Source: an uncultured delta proteobacterium
GTDB taxonomy: Bacteria > Desulfobacterota > Binatia > JACPRU01
Length of the DNA stretch: 64,000 bases
Reading direction: 5' to 3'
Assembly: GCA_963745025.1 (NCBI GenBank)
Contig: CAVUWD010000011.1
Coordinates: forward strand, 512,001-576,000
Shown: positions 48,926-58,242 of the stretch, in pieces
Layout of the letters: each line of letters starts with the position of its first letter
Position numbering within the stretch: position 1 is the stretch's first letter
Made by a program: the position numbers and the translations under genes
The notes under the pieces: generated by a model
Database searches by the model: none
Seen by the model: only the letters and a program-made list of their open reading frames with translations
Told to the model about the DNA's origin: nothing

Positions 48926-49114
48926 TTAGTTGGTGGCGGCGCCGTTGCCCGCGTAGCGGTCGCTCGGGGGCAAGGTATTGTCGGAGGAAATCGCCGGCTT
49001 CGTCATCTCGGCCATCGCCGGCCGCACCGGTCCCTGGGTGGTCACGTAGTAGATCGCTCCGCCGATTGCCGCGAGCGCCGCAACGATGGGGAGTACTCTC
49101 TGCAAGGTCTTCAT
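48926..49114 (-). CDS. 62-aa small membrane-anchored protein
   Basis: RBS AAGGAGA; N-terminal TM helix. Confidence 0.65.
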   Translation of the reverse strand: MKTLQRVLPIVAALAAIGGAIYYVTTQGPVRPAMAEMTKPAISSDNTLPPSDRYAGNGAATN

Positions 49115-49140
49115 GTCCGTTCTCCTTTTCCTGATTTGCG

Positions 49141-49476
49141 CTATCCGCGATCCGAGATCGCGCGAGATTGTAGGCTTCTTGGCGGGAACGCTGGGCGAAG
49201 GTGCGCCCGCTGCTCCGTCTCGCGGCGAATCCACTCGCGAAGGAAGGCGGGACAGCGCTCGAGAACCACGCCACGACCGGCGCGGAGGGCGAGAAGCTCC
49301 ACCGCTTCGCGATCCGCAAGCGTGACCCCTCCGAGATCGAGGCTGACCCGCCGACCGGACTCGAGCGCTTCGTCGAGCAGCCGTTCGAGCATCACGAGAT
49401 GCTCCTCGGAGATCTTCCCCGTGAGGCGAAGAATTACGTCGGCGGGAGTTTCGAGCGCGGTTTCGATTCGCAGCAC
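49141..49476 (-). CDS. STAS-like small protein
   Basis: 'LRLTGKI..SLDLGGVTLADREAV..CPAFLREWI'. Confidence 0.75.
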   Translation of the reverse strand: MLRIETALETPADVILRLTGKISEEHLVMLERLLDEALESGRRVSLDLGGVTLADREAVELLALRAGRGVVLERCPAFLREWIRRETEQRAHLRPAFPPRSLQSRAISDRG

Positions 49477-49488
49477 AGACCTAGATAA

Positions 49489-49504
49489 TCCAACAATCGT
49501 GCCA
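49489..49504 (-). promoter_or_regulatory. Near-consensus sigma54 promoter
   Basis: TGGCACGATTGTTGGA (-12 is TTGG rather than TTGC), directly upstream of the STAS gene. Confidence 0.5.
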
Positions 49505-49584
49505 GCAAATTTCGTTGCATTTCTGGCCTTCCGAGGCTGCGAATCACGAGAGACCGTGAAGATTCACGATCAGTCGTAACGAAA

Positions 49585-49647
49585 GGGCTACGGGCTACTA
49601 CGGGAAAGACGCCGAGAAGCCTTTTCCCGAAGCCTGTAGCCGGTAGC
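49585..49647. repeat. Heptamer-armed palindrome
   Basis: GGGCTAC x2..GGGAAAG / CTTTTCCCG..CCTGTAG CCGGTAG. Confidence 0.7.
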
Positions 49648-49653
49648 TTCCTA

Positions 49654-51282
49654 TCATCCCCGAAAGCGCTGCTTGTCGATCCGGTAGCGCTTGATCATCG
49701 ACTCTAGCGTCGTCGCGGGGACACCGAGCTTCGCGGCCGCGCCGCGCGACCCGGAGACTTGTCCGCGGCATTCGGCGAGCGCCTTCTCGATCAGCTGTTT
49801 TTCGTTCTGGCGAAGGCCGTTGGGCGCCGACTCTGCGACCGATGCATCGCCCGCCGCGCTCGTCTGGTGGCCCGCGCCAGGCGCCGCGGCGACGTGGAGA
49901 TCGGCCTCTTCCACGCGGAGCACGCCGCCCTCGGCGAGGATCGCCGCGCGCTCGATGACGTTCTGCAGCTCGCGCACGTTTCCCGGCCACGGATAGGCAA
50001 CCAGCCGTTCCATCGTGCGACGGTCGACGCTCTCGAGCCTCTTGCCGAGTCGAGCGGCGTAGCGCGCCGCGAAGTATTCGACGAGCATGGGGATGTCGTC
50101 CTTGCGACTGCGCAGCGGCGGCATCGCGATCGGGAAGACATTCAGCCGATAGAAGAGATCCTCCCGGAAACGCCCCGAGGCCACGGCCGCCGCCAGATCG
50201 CGGTTCGTGGCAGTGATCACCCGCGCGTTGGTGCGGATCGTCTGCGATTCGCCGACGCGCTCGAACTCGCCTTCCTGGAGCACGCGCAGCAGCGCGATCT
50301 GCATCTCGGGGGAGAGCTCGCCGATCTCGTCGAGAAAGATCGATCCGTTCCTGGCGAGCTCGAAGCGGCCGATCCGCCGTGCGAGCGCGCCGGTGAAAGC
50401 GCCCTTCTCGTGCCCGAAGAGCTCCGAGGCGATCAACGCCTCCGGCAGGGCCGCGCAGCTGACCTTGATGAGCGCCCGTGCCGAGCGATCCGAACGGCGG
50501 TGAATGGCGCGCGCGATCAGCTCCTTTCCGGTGCCCGTCTCGCCGGTGATCAGCACGGTCGATTTCGTGCGCGCGACCTTGTCGACGCGCGCGAGCACCG
50601 TCTGCAGGACCGACGAGGAGCCGACGATCTCCTCGAACATCGATTCCTGATCGATCTCTTCACGCAGAACGAGATTCTCCTGCTGGACCTCGTCTTTCAG
50701 GCGGCGGATCTCCTCGTAGGCGAGCGAGTTCGCGACCGCCATCGCCATCGGCCGCGCCACGTCCTCGAGAATCGCCACCTCCTCCGGCATGAAGCGCCGC
50801 GGCGACATGCGCGTGAAGATGATCGCTCCGATCAGGCGATCGCGGACGAAGAGCGGGGCGCGCACGTAACAGCGAACACCCATCGCGACGAGCTGCTGGT
50901 CCTCCGGAAACCGCATCTCCGCTTCGAGGTCTTCGCCGACGTACGCCCGGCCCGTCCGGGCCACCAGGGCGACTGCCGAGCCCGCGAGCGGAAAGTAGGT
51001 CGGGACCTGTTCGGGAGTGACGTTGAAGCCTCGGGCCGCGGCATCGACGAACGTCTCGCCGCTCCTGCGCAGGTGACCGACGACGTGAATCCCGTGCGCG
51101 CGCACCAGCTCGCCGTCGACCGTTGCCACTCCGATCGCGTCCACCGGCACGATCGCTCCGAGCACGCGGGCGACGGCCTCGAGCACGCCGACGAAGTCGA
51201 GCTGCGCGTTGGCAGCCTCGGACACCTCGAGCAGGATTCGGTACTTCTCCTCCGCGGAGGAGTGTCTTTCTTCGATCGCCAT
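49654..51282 (-). CDS. GAF-domain sigma54-dependent activator (FhlA/NifA-like)
   Basis: 'GETGTGKE', 'GAFTGA', 'FLDEIGE', 'WPGNVRELQN', C-terminal HTH. Confidence 0.95.
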   Translation of the reverse strand: MAIEERHSSAEEKYRILLEVSEAANAQLDFVGVLEAVARVLGAIVPVDAIGVATVDGELVRAHGIHVVGHLRRSGETFVDAAARGFNVTPEQVPTYFPLAGSAVALVARTGRAYVGEDLEAEMRFPEDQQLVAMGVRCYVRAPLFVRDRLIGAIIFTRMSPRRFMPEEVAILEDVARPMAMAVANSLAYEEIRRLKDEVQQENLVLREEIDQESMFEEIVGSSSVLQTVLARVDKVARTKSTVLITGETGTGKELIARAIHRRSDRSARALIKVSCAALPEALIASELFGHEKGAFTGALARRIGRFELARNGSIFLDEIGELSPEMQIALLRVLQEGEFERVGESQTIRTNARVITATNRDLAAAVASGRFREDLFYRLNVFPIAMPPLRSRKDDIPMLVEYFAARYAARLGKRLESVDRRTMERLVAYPWPGNVRELQNVIERAAILAEGGVLRVEEADLHVAAAPGAGHQTSAAGDASVAESAPNGLRQNEKQLIEKALAECRGQVSGSRGAAAKLGVPATTLESMIKRYRIDKQRFRG

Positions 51283-51380
51283 GAAGCGCGCGGATTGTAG
51301 CTCAAAATGCGGCCGTTGGGATTGCGCCGCGAGCGCACGAACGAAGTTCCATGGCCGTCAGCTCCCGGGGCGGGAGCGCG

Positions 51381-51929
51381 TCACACCCCGCTGCGATCGA
51401 GCAGCGCCATCGCCCGCCCATAGGCGTCTTGGAAGGGGTCCGGGTGGCGGCCCTCGCCGGCTCTCGGGCGGACGCCACCCACCAGGAAATAGAGGCTCTG
51501 CACGAGGAAGAAACCCCAGAGTGCGAGCACGAGCGCGACTAGGGAGTGACCGATGAGGAAGCGTGCGAAGATGAGGCCCCCGCCGACGAGGACGGCTTCG
51601 GTGATCGCGGCGCGCACCGCCGTCGGCTGGTAGAGAATGGCGCTGCGGCCGATGGCGAGAAGAGCACCGAGTCCGAGCACGAGCTCGGTCGTCGTCCGTG
51701 CCGCGAGGGCGACACCCACTGCGGCGCAGGCCGCGGCCACGAAGACGGCGACTCGGCGGCCTCGCCTCGGCGCGACACCGCCGAGGTACGCGGACACCAC
51801 GCCGATGAGGTAGAGAACGAGCGCCTGCTCCGCGCCGAAGATTGGCCGCGCGAGCATCAGCCACGGGAGAACGCCGCCTGCCGCGAGCGCCGCGAAGAGA
51901 ACGCTCCTCGCGAAGTTGTTGCAGCGCAT
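51381..51929 (-). CDS. Multi-pass membrane protein
   Basis: ~6 TM segments; translationally coupled to the pspA-like gene. Confidence 0.8.
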   Translation of the reverse strand: MRCNNFARSVLFAALAAGGVLPWLMLARPIFGAEQALVLYLIGVVSAYLGGVAPRRGRRVAVFVAAACAAVGVALAARTTTELVLGLGALLAIGRSAILYQPTAVRAAITEAVLVGGGLIFARFLIGHSLVALVLALWGFFLVQSLYFLVGGVRPRAGEGRHPDPFQDAYGRAMALLDRSGV

Positions 51930-52471
51930 CACCGGCCTCCTTCCGAGACGCGGCGCCGGCGCATGAGCTCGAGCTCGACTTCTTCTTCGGCGACCACCGG
52001 CTCCGCGAGCCACGCAGACGGCGGCTCGCTCTCGGCCTCTCGGGCGAGCTCGGCCCGTACCCGCGTGCGCAACGTCTCGAACTGCTTCTCGTGCTCCGCC
52101 AGTCTCTCGGCGAGCGCCTGGCTTTCGGTGGCGAGCTCGTCGAGGCGCGCACGCATCGCCTTGGCCTCGCTTCGCCGCGGCAAGAGCCGCCGGATGGCGA
52201 AGCGGGCGAGATCGTCCTTACCGCCCGCGAGCGCGAGCGAGATATCCTCGTCGAGCGCCCGACTCTCCTCCTCACGGCGCGTCAACGACTCGCGCAGCCG
52301 CTTCTCCTCGTCGCGCAGCGCCTCGAGCTCGGCACGCTTGCGATTGAGCTCGATCTCGGCCTCGCGGACATACTGTTTCAGGAGCAGCGAGCGCTCTTCC
52401 AGCGACTCGACCACCCCGTGCGCGTCGGCCTTGAGGAGCGTGGCGATCCGATCGAACAGCTTGAGAGACAT
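51929..52471 (-). CDS. PspA/IM30 family protein
   Basis: 'LFDRIATLLKADAH..ESLEE..LLKQYVREAE..AL..GKDDLARFAI'; coiled coil. Confidence 0.85.
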   Translation of the reverse strand: MSLKLFDRIATLLKADAHGVVESLEERSLLLKQYVREAEIELNRKRAELEALRDEEKRLRESLTRREEESRALDEDISLALAGGKDDLARFAIRRLLPRRSEAKAMRARLDELATESQALAERLAEHEKQFETLRTRVRAELAREAESEPPSAWLAEPVVAEEEVELELMRRRRVSEGGR

Positions 52472-52558
52472 GTGTGTGATCCTCCTTCCACTCGTGGGTT
52501 CGCCTCGAAACGACATTTCGTTCGTGCCTCGGAAGGCGCCGATTCCTGCACCTGGCTG

Positions 52559-52591
52559 TTCCGGTCGGCTCCGTACTCGGGCCGATCAGAA
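52559..52591. repeat. REP-like hairpin, TACT-loop family copy 4
   Basis: GGTCGGCTCCGTACTCGGGCCGATC. Confidence 0.7.
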
Positions 52592-52700
52592 AATCCAGCC
52601 GCCGCGCGGATCGCGGAATGCGGCTCTTCCGCGCTCCGCGCGTTCCGTCAGGCGCGAACGTTCGTGGGCAGAGACCTCAGGGGTTACCTCGACTTCACGG

Positions 52701-54152
52701 TTAGCGCTTGCTGCCGGCGCGTCGCTCGTCGAGCGCGGCGGCGCTCTGCGCTTTGCTGAGCTCGTTCTGGCGTGCGGCCTGGTTTTCGCCGACGAACGCC
52801 GAATCGACGTCGGCTTCGAGCTTGCCGAGCGAATCGAGCTTCTGTTGTACGTCGCCCGATTGCAGGCGCACATTCAGCGGTTCGGTCTCGGCGCGGAACT
52901 GCCGGACCTTCTCGATCGCGGCGTCGCGCCGGCCGGCCTTCACCTCGCGCGCGACCTCCTCCTGCATCTTGTTATAGCCGTCGACCACGACCGACCGGGT
53001 CCAGGCCGAGACGTCGACGCGGGCATAGAAATCGTCCTCGTGCTTCACGCTCACCACACGTGGCATTTCGTCGAAGCGGAGCGTCGAGCGCTCGCCCCCT
53101 CGGCTGTACGCGAGCGAGAAGCTGCCGAGCGCGTGATCGCCGGAGGTCTGATTGGGCACCGAGAGGGTCACCCAGATCCGGCGCTGCTGACCGGCGAACA
53201 GCGAGCCCGGCCGAAAGACGACCGCCCCGCCCGTCCGGTCGAGCGGATAGCCGGCCGCGTCCATGACCGCGACGCCTTCACCCGGTTCGATTCGGACTTC
53301 GAGACCCGAGGCGACCGTCGTCCGTGCCGCATCGAACTCGCTGGCAAAGACACTCGCGAGGTCCTCGGAGCTGCGTAGATAATAGTAGTTGCCGGTACCG
53401 GCGTCGGCGAGCGCGGTCATCAGATACTCGTTGAAGTCGGCGCCGACGCCGACCGTCGACAACATGTACTCGCCGCGCGCGGCACGGGAGGCGCGGCGCG
53501 CGAGTCCCTCGGCAGTCGCGTCGCCCTGGTTCGCGAGCCCGTCGGAGATGAGAATCGCGCGCGAAACGCGCCCCGCGCCGCGAATCCGCTCGAGGGTGTC
53601 AAGGCCGAGATCGAGACCGCTCGACAGATTCGTGCCGCCATCGGGCGTGATCGTCGCAACCGTATCGAGCCACACCCCGCGCATGCGGTCATCCGCCGGT
53701 GCTGGCTCGATCGCCAGGCTGGCCGCGTTCGAATACGTGACGAGCGCGAACCGGTCCTCTGCGCCGAGCCGCGACACGAGCTCGCAGATCGCCGCCCGCG
53801 CTCGCTCGATCTTCTCGCCCGCCATCGACCCGGAGCGGTCGAGGATGACGACCAGATCGGTCGGCTGACGCGCGGCCGAGGTCGTCTCGCTCGGCTCGGC
53901 GCCGATCACCAGCTCCATCCGCACCGAGCCCGCGCCGCCGACGAGTACCGCCGTCCGATCGAGAGTCCCCGAGAACGATATCGGCCGTGTCGGCGGGGCC
54001 ACGAACCGGCGGCTGCCGCCGTCCGCGCCGCCCGCCGGTACGACGCCCTTGCCTCGTGCCGCCGCAGCGGCGAGTGCCGTCGCGGCGACGAGCGCGCCGA
54101 CGACCAGCCTTTGGCTTCTCATTCCCCGAAACTTTCTGACGCTGGTTTCCAT
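52701..54152 (-). CDS. Secreted vWA-domain protein
   Basis: Signal peptide; MIDAS 'DRSGS', 'GGTN', 'ISDG'. Confidence 0.9.
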   Translation of the reverse strand: METSVRKFRGMRSQRLVVGALVAATALAAAAARGKGVVPAGGADGGSRRFVAPPTRPISFSGTLDRTAVLVGGAGSVRMELVIGAEPSETTSAARQPTDLVVILDRSGSMAGEKIERARAAICELVSRLGAEDRFALVTYSNAASLAIEPAPADDRMRGVWLDTVATITPDGGTNLSSGLDLGLDTLERIRGAGRVSRAILISDGLANQGDATAEGLARRASRAARGEYMLSTVGVGADFNEYLMTALADAGTGNYYYLRSSEDLASVFASEFDAARTTVASGLEVRIEPGEGVAVMDAAGYPLDRTGGAVVFRPGSLFAGQQRRIWVTLSVPNQTSGDHALGSFSLAYSRGGERSTLRFDEMPRVVSVKHEDDFYARVDVSAWTRSVVVDGYNKMQEEVAREVKAGRRDAAIEKVRQFRAETEPLNVRLQSGDVQQKLDSLGKLEADVDSAFVGENQAARQNELSKAQSAAALDERRAGSKR

Positions 54153-54240
54153 TCTTCTCTCCTTCCTTTCTCTGCGGACGAACCGTCGTCCGCGCACGAT
54201 CACTCTGCACCAGGAGAACGCGCCGGGGGGAGAGGACTTG

Positions 54241-54278
54241 CGTAAAACGACCGTAAAAGCCGCTGCGGAGGTTTTACG
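54241..54278. promoter_or_regulatory. CpxR/OmpR-like tandem binding boxes
   Basis: CGTAAAA direct repeat with 11-bp period (54241, 54252) plus inverted TTTTACG (54272). Confidence 0.5.
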
Positions 54279-54320
54279 CGGAGTTCAGCTTCAGGGGGCG
54301 AATGCCGTACACTTCGAGTC

Positions 54321-54420
54321 GTGGAGACGAAGCTTCCGATCCTCGTCGTCGAAGACGAGACCGTGCTCGCGACGGGGCTCTCCGGAATCTGCCCGAGGGG
54401 GGCTTCGAGGTGGAGATCGC
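54321..54420 (+). pseudogene. N-terminal remnant of a response regulator
   Basis: 'PILVVEDETVLATGL' then frameshifted 'GFEVEIA'; truncated. Confidence 0.65.
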
Positions 54421-54630
54421 TTTTCGCAGCGCGGCGGCGCGCTGAGCTACTAGTTCCGAGAATCGTCGCGCCACGCGAAGAATTTGGAGAAGCAGTGACA
54501 AAATTCGGCACTTGGGTTGCGGGCGTCAGCCCGCGCTAAGAGTCCCAAGAAGACCTTGATCGCGACATGGAAGGAAGCGTTTTCCCCCGGATCGAGAATC
54601 TTGTCTTGAAGCCGAGCCCCGGCTCCGCTG

Positions 54631-56736
54631 CTAGTCCGGGGGTAGCAGCGGCGAAGCCGATCCGCCGGCGACGATCCACAACTGATGCGACGTTCGCGTG
54701 ACGGCGACGTGAAGCCGGCGGCGCGCCTCGTGCGTCGTCGGGTACGCCGATGCGGTCGCGTCCGGGACGACGACGTAGTCGAACTCGAGTCCCTTGGCGT
54801 TGTCGACGTCGGTCACGTCGATGCCGGGCTCGAACGTGAACTCCCCGTCAAGGACGAGCCGCGACTCGGGAAGCTCGGCGATGAGCGCGTGGAAGCGCCG
54901 GGCTGCTTCCCCGTCCGCCGCGATCACGCCGACCGATGCGCCGGGCTCGCGCTCGATGAGGTCGCGCAGCGCGCCGGAGAGAAAGAGATGCGCCTGTCCC
55001 TCGCTCGGCATCCGGAAGACACCGATCGGCGCCCCCTGGCGAGCCGCCTGCGCTGGTGTTTCGGGAGCGAGCGGGCCGAGAAGGCGGCGCGCGAGCTCGG
55101 CGACCGGCCGCGGGCAACGGTAGGTGGTGGGAAGACGACACGTCGCGGCGTCGCTCACTCCGAGTGTGGCGAGCGACGCTTGCCAGCCGGCGAAACTCGA
55201 AGCGGTCTGCTGTGCCTCGTCGCCGGCGAGCGTGACGCTCGACGGCTCGCCCAGGAGCTTACCGAGCACGCAGAGCTCGAAAAGCGAGAAGTCCTCGGCC
55301 TCGTCGAGCACCAGCAGCGAGATCGGCCGCGCATCGAGTCCCGCCGCTCTCGATCGCAAGAAGAGGAGTATCGGCAGATCCTCGAGATCGAGCGTGCCGG
55401 CGAGCTCGTCGGGCGTCCCCTCCGCGAGCGCTCGGCCGTCGATGGCGCGTTCCCTCTCCGGATCGGTAATCGAAGCGAGCTGCCGCTCGACCGACTCTTC
55501 GAGCTGAAGCATCGTGTGCCCTACGGTCTCCTCGACCGCGGTCTTGGGTAGGTCGCCTGCGGATGCGCCGACCACGGCGGCGAGAAAGCCGCGGTCCGTG
55601 AACGCTTCGGCAAGCCTCCGGCGCAGGCGGACGAGCTTCGTCGCCGCCGATGTTGCGCCGCCGAATCGACCCTCGAGCATGTGGTAGAGCGCGGGGTGGC
55701 GTTTCAGGCTCGAGACGAGCGGCGGAGCATCGATGCAAAGCCGAATCCGCCTTCCGAATACCTGGCGCGCGAGCTCCGTCGACCACGTCGCGACCGTTTG
55801 CACGTGGGTGGGGGCGATGCGGAGCGGCTCGAGCAGACGCCGCGCCAACCGGGCGAGCCCCTCCTCCGGCATGACGACCTTCGCTGCCGAGAGCGGGTAC
55901 GCCCGAGGGTCGGTCGCCGCGATCCTCGCCATCCGGTGCAGCGCCACCGTCGTCTTGCCACTACCCGCGCTGCCGAGCACGAGCAGTGGCCGCTCAGGTG
56001 TCGCCGATACGGCCGCGTACTGCTCGGCATCGAGGAAGGCCGTCACGTCCGCCCGCTTCGCCCGGCCGGCAGCGCCGACGCCGACCCCGAGGATCCCGGG
56101 GCGCACCGCCGTACCCGCGCCGCCGGAGTGCAACGAAAGCGCGGCACGCTCCGGCATCCGCCAGCCGCCCTCGCGGTCGCGCTCGAGCACGAGGCGGTCG
56201 CCGACGATTCGGGTGAGAAGACCGTTCTCGATGACGACGATCCGGCGCGCCGTGAGGGTGCCCTCGGCCACTCGGCCCGGAAACGTTTCTTCGTATCGGT
56301 CCCCTTCACGGTACCGGTAAAAGATCTTCGCAACGGGCGCCACACGCCAGTCGACGATACGAACCTCGCCCGCAGTGTCGAAGAAGCTGACGTAGCCAAG
56401 AAGATAATCCTCGGCGCCCCGCCCCTCGTCGACTCGTAGATGCGCGATGTACGGAGAGCGGGCATCGGGAAATCGAGGGTTCAGCGGCCGCTCGGCGAGT
56501 CGGTGCTGCACGCTCAAGTCGTGGAGCAGAGCGGGCAGGTCGGCCTCGGAGGCCCGGGCCGCTTCGTCACGGAGTGAGCGAAGCGCTTCCTCGGAGCCCC
56601 CGCCGCGACCGCTCGCGCGAAGCGCCGCGCGCCGCCGAGCCGCCTCCAGCGCCGCGCGCACGCGCGCGAGAAGGACCTCTTCCTCCTCGACGACGGCTCG
56701 AACCTCGGCCGGCAGCGGTGCGAGCGCGTCACCCAT
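54631..56736 (-). CDS. UvrD/HelD-like SF1 helicase/ATPase
   Basis: 'SPYIAHL..IVDWRVAPVA' HelD-like N-terminus; 'GSAGSGKT', 'LDEAED', 'AKGLEFD', 'VAVTR'. Confidence 0.85.
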   Translation of the reverse strand: MGDALAPLPAEVRAVVEEEEVLLARVRAALEAARRRAALRASGRGGGSEEALRSLRDEAARASEADLPALLHDLSVQHRLAERPLNPRFPDARSPYIAHLRVDEGRGAEDYLLGYVSFFDTAGEVRIVDWRVAPVAKIFYRYREGDRYEETFPGRVAEGTLTARRIVVIENGLLTRIVGDRLVLERDREGGWRMPERAALSLHSGGAGTAVRPGILGVGVGAAGRAKRADVTAFLDAEQYAAVSATPERPLLVLGSAGSGKTTVALHRMARIAATDPRAYPLSAAKVVMPEEGLARLARRLLEPLRIAPTHVQTVATWSTELARQVFGRRIRLCIDAPPLVSSLKRHPALYHMLEGRFGGATSAATKLVRLRRRLAEAFTDRGFLAAVVGASAGDLPKTAVEETVGHTMLQLEESVERQLASITDPERERAIDGRALAEGTPDELAGTLDLEDLPILLFLRSRAAGLDARPISLLVLDEAEDFSLFELCVLGKLLGEPSSVTLAGDEAQQTASSFAGWQASLATLGVSDAATCRLPTTYRCPRPVAELARRLLGPLAPETPAQAARQGAPIGVFRMPSEGQAHLFLSGALRDLIEREPGASVGVIAADGEAARRFHALIAELPESRLVLDGEFTFEPGIDVTDVDNAKGLEFDYVVVPDATASAYPTTHEARRRLHVAVTRTSHQLWIVAGGSASPLLPPD

Positions 56737-56764
56737 CTTCCCTTATCTTCCCTTATCTTCCCTT
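56735..56764 (-). repeat. Three perfect 10-bp tandem copies spanning the RBS/start
   Basis: (AAGGGAAGAT)x3 then G; only the last copy forms the ATG. Confidence 0.9.
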
Positions 56765-57070
56765 TCCTCTATGACCGTTGGAGACCTCGCAAGCCCTGGG
56801 TAGTGGATCATTCTCGCCCCCGGAGTGGATGGTGAAGAGGTCGATGGCCCAAATACCCCACGAAGCGAGGCCGGTTTCGCTTGCTTGTCTCGAAGTGTGC
56901 TGCTGGAATGTGGGCCGAGGTTCGGGGGGCGGAGTTGATCTCGAGGTGGGGGCGGAGTGATCCCTTCGAAAGACCGACGCGCGTACAACTGGTCATCGGC
57001 TTGGTTTGCGAACGATGTGCGCTTCGCAGCGTGCGCGCGAGAGATCGAAGGAATCCTCCATAGGTGAACG

Positions 57071-57949
57071 ATGCCCGAGCTGCCCAAACCGAATCTCAAG
57101 AACATCAAAACCCTCATCATCGACGAGGACGCGGCGACTCGAGCGGTTCTTCAGAAGACGCTCACGGAATGGGGCGCGGAAGTGGTCGAGGCGGACAGCG
57201 GTTCAAGGGGAATCGCCGAGCTCGCGCGGGCCAGAGACGCGGGCCGCTCGTTTCAGTTGATCTTCCTCGCTTCGGCGATGTCCGCAACGGACGGATTCCA
57301 GGTCGCGGAGCACATCCGCGGTTACCCGGCGGAGTTCGCGCGTACGATCCTCATGGTGGGCCCCGGACACATCACGTCCGAATTGTCTCGGGCCCGTCAA
57401 CTGAGCATTCCGTGGGTCGCAAAGCCTCTGACGCGTTCCGCGATCATCGGCGCAATCTCGACGGCGCTGAGATTGGAAGCCGGCGAGGAGCAAGCCTCGT
57501 CCGAGCCGAAGCGGAAGCGCCGCTTCCGGATCCTTTTGGCCGAGGACAACTCCGACGTCGGCTGGATCATCCGCACCCAGGTCGAGGGCCCCGATTACCA
57601 GGTGGACGTCGCGGAGGACGGCGGCATCGCGGCCGATCTCTTCCGCATTGTCGACTACGACCTCGTGCTCATGGACCTGCAGATGCCGAATTTCGACGGC
57701 TATTGGGCGACACGGAAGATTCGCGAGTTCGAGCGACAAAACCGGCGCCGCCACGTGCCGATCATCGCCGTCACGGCGTTCACCAACGTAGAGGACCCAC
57801 GGAAGAGCCTCCGTGCCGGGCTCGACGGTTATCTGGCGAAGCCGCTTTCGAAGGACGTTCTCTTCAAGGTCATTCGGAAGCATCTCGGCCCGCCGCAATC
57901 GACGAGCGAGAGCAACCCGGCCGCAAGCGTTGCGCCCCGCTCCAGCTGA
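57071..57949 (+). CDS. Tandem REC-REC response regulator, paralog 1
   Basis: REC1 'LIFLASAM' (no Asp); REC2 'LVLMDLQMPNFDG'. Confidence 0.88.
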   Translation: MPELPKPNLKNIKTLIIDEDAATRAVLQKTLTEWGAEVVEADSGSRGIAELARARDAGRSFQLIFLASAMSATDGFQVAEHIRGYPAEFARTILMVGPGHITSELSRARQLSIPWVAKPLTRSAIIGAISTALRLEAGEEQASSEPKRKRRFRILLAEDNSDVGWIIRTQVEGPDYQVDVAEDGGIAADLFRIVDYDLVLMDLQMPNFDGYWATRKIREFERQNRRRHVPIIAVTAFTNVEDPRKSLRAGLDGYLAKPLSKDVLFKVIRKHLGPPQSTSESNPAASVAPRSS

Positions 57950-58242
57950 CCCCCGTGTGTTTCCCGTGATGCCGCTCTGAAACCTCGCCGACGACAGGAC
58001 CCGCGCGAATTTCGAATTGACGGGCCATCACGGGAATTTCGCATCGGAGCGAACTGTAGCCCTGCTCCAACGATTTGCCCGCGCCGGGCGTGCATGCTAG
58101 AAGTGCGCCACTCTTCTTGAAGGTTCGGCGCGAGAGCAAGACCTCCTAGCGCCCATTCTCACTCTCCCGCACCCAACTCTCAGGACGTTTCGGCGGTGGC
58201 GAACTGTCTCCGTCGCAAGCAGTCAATCGGGAGTGTTGAGAC

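Noticed and set aside
58100-58242. Glycine or cobalamin riboswitch upstream of the radical SAM gene
   Set aside because: Only a CTCTCAGG word matches; the other conserved elements are not evident.
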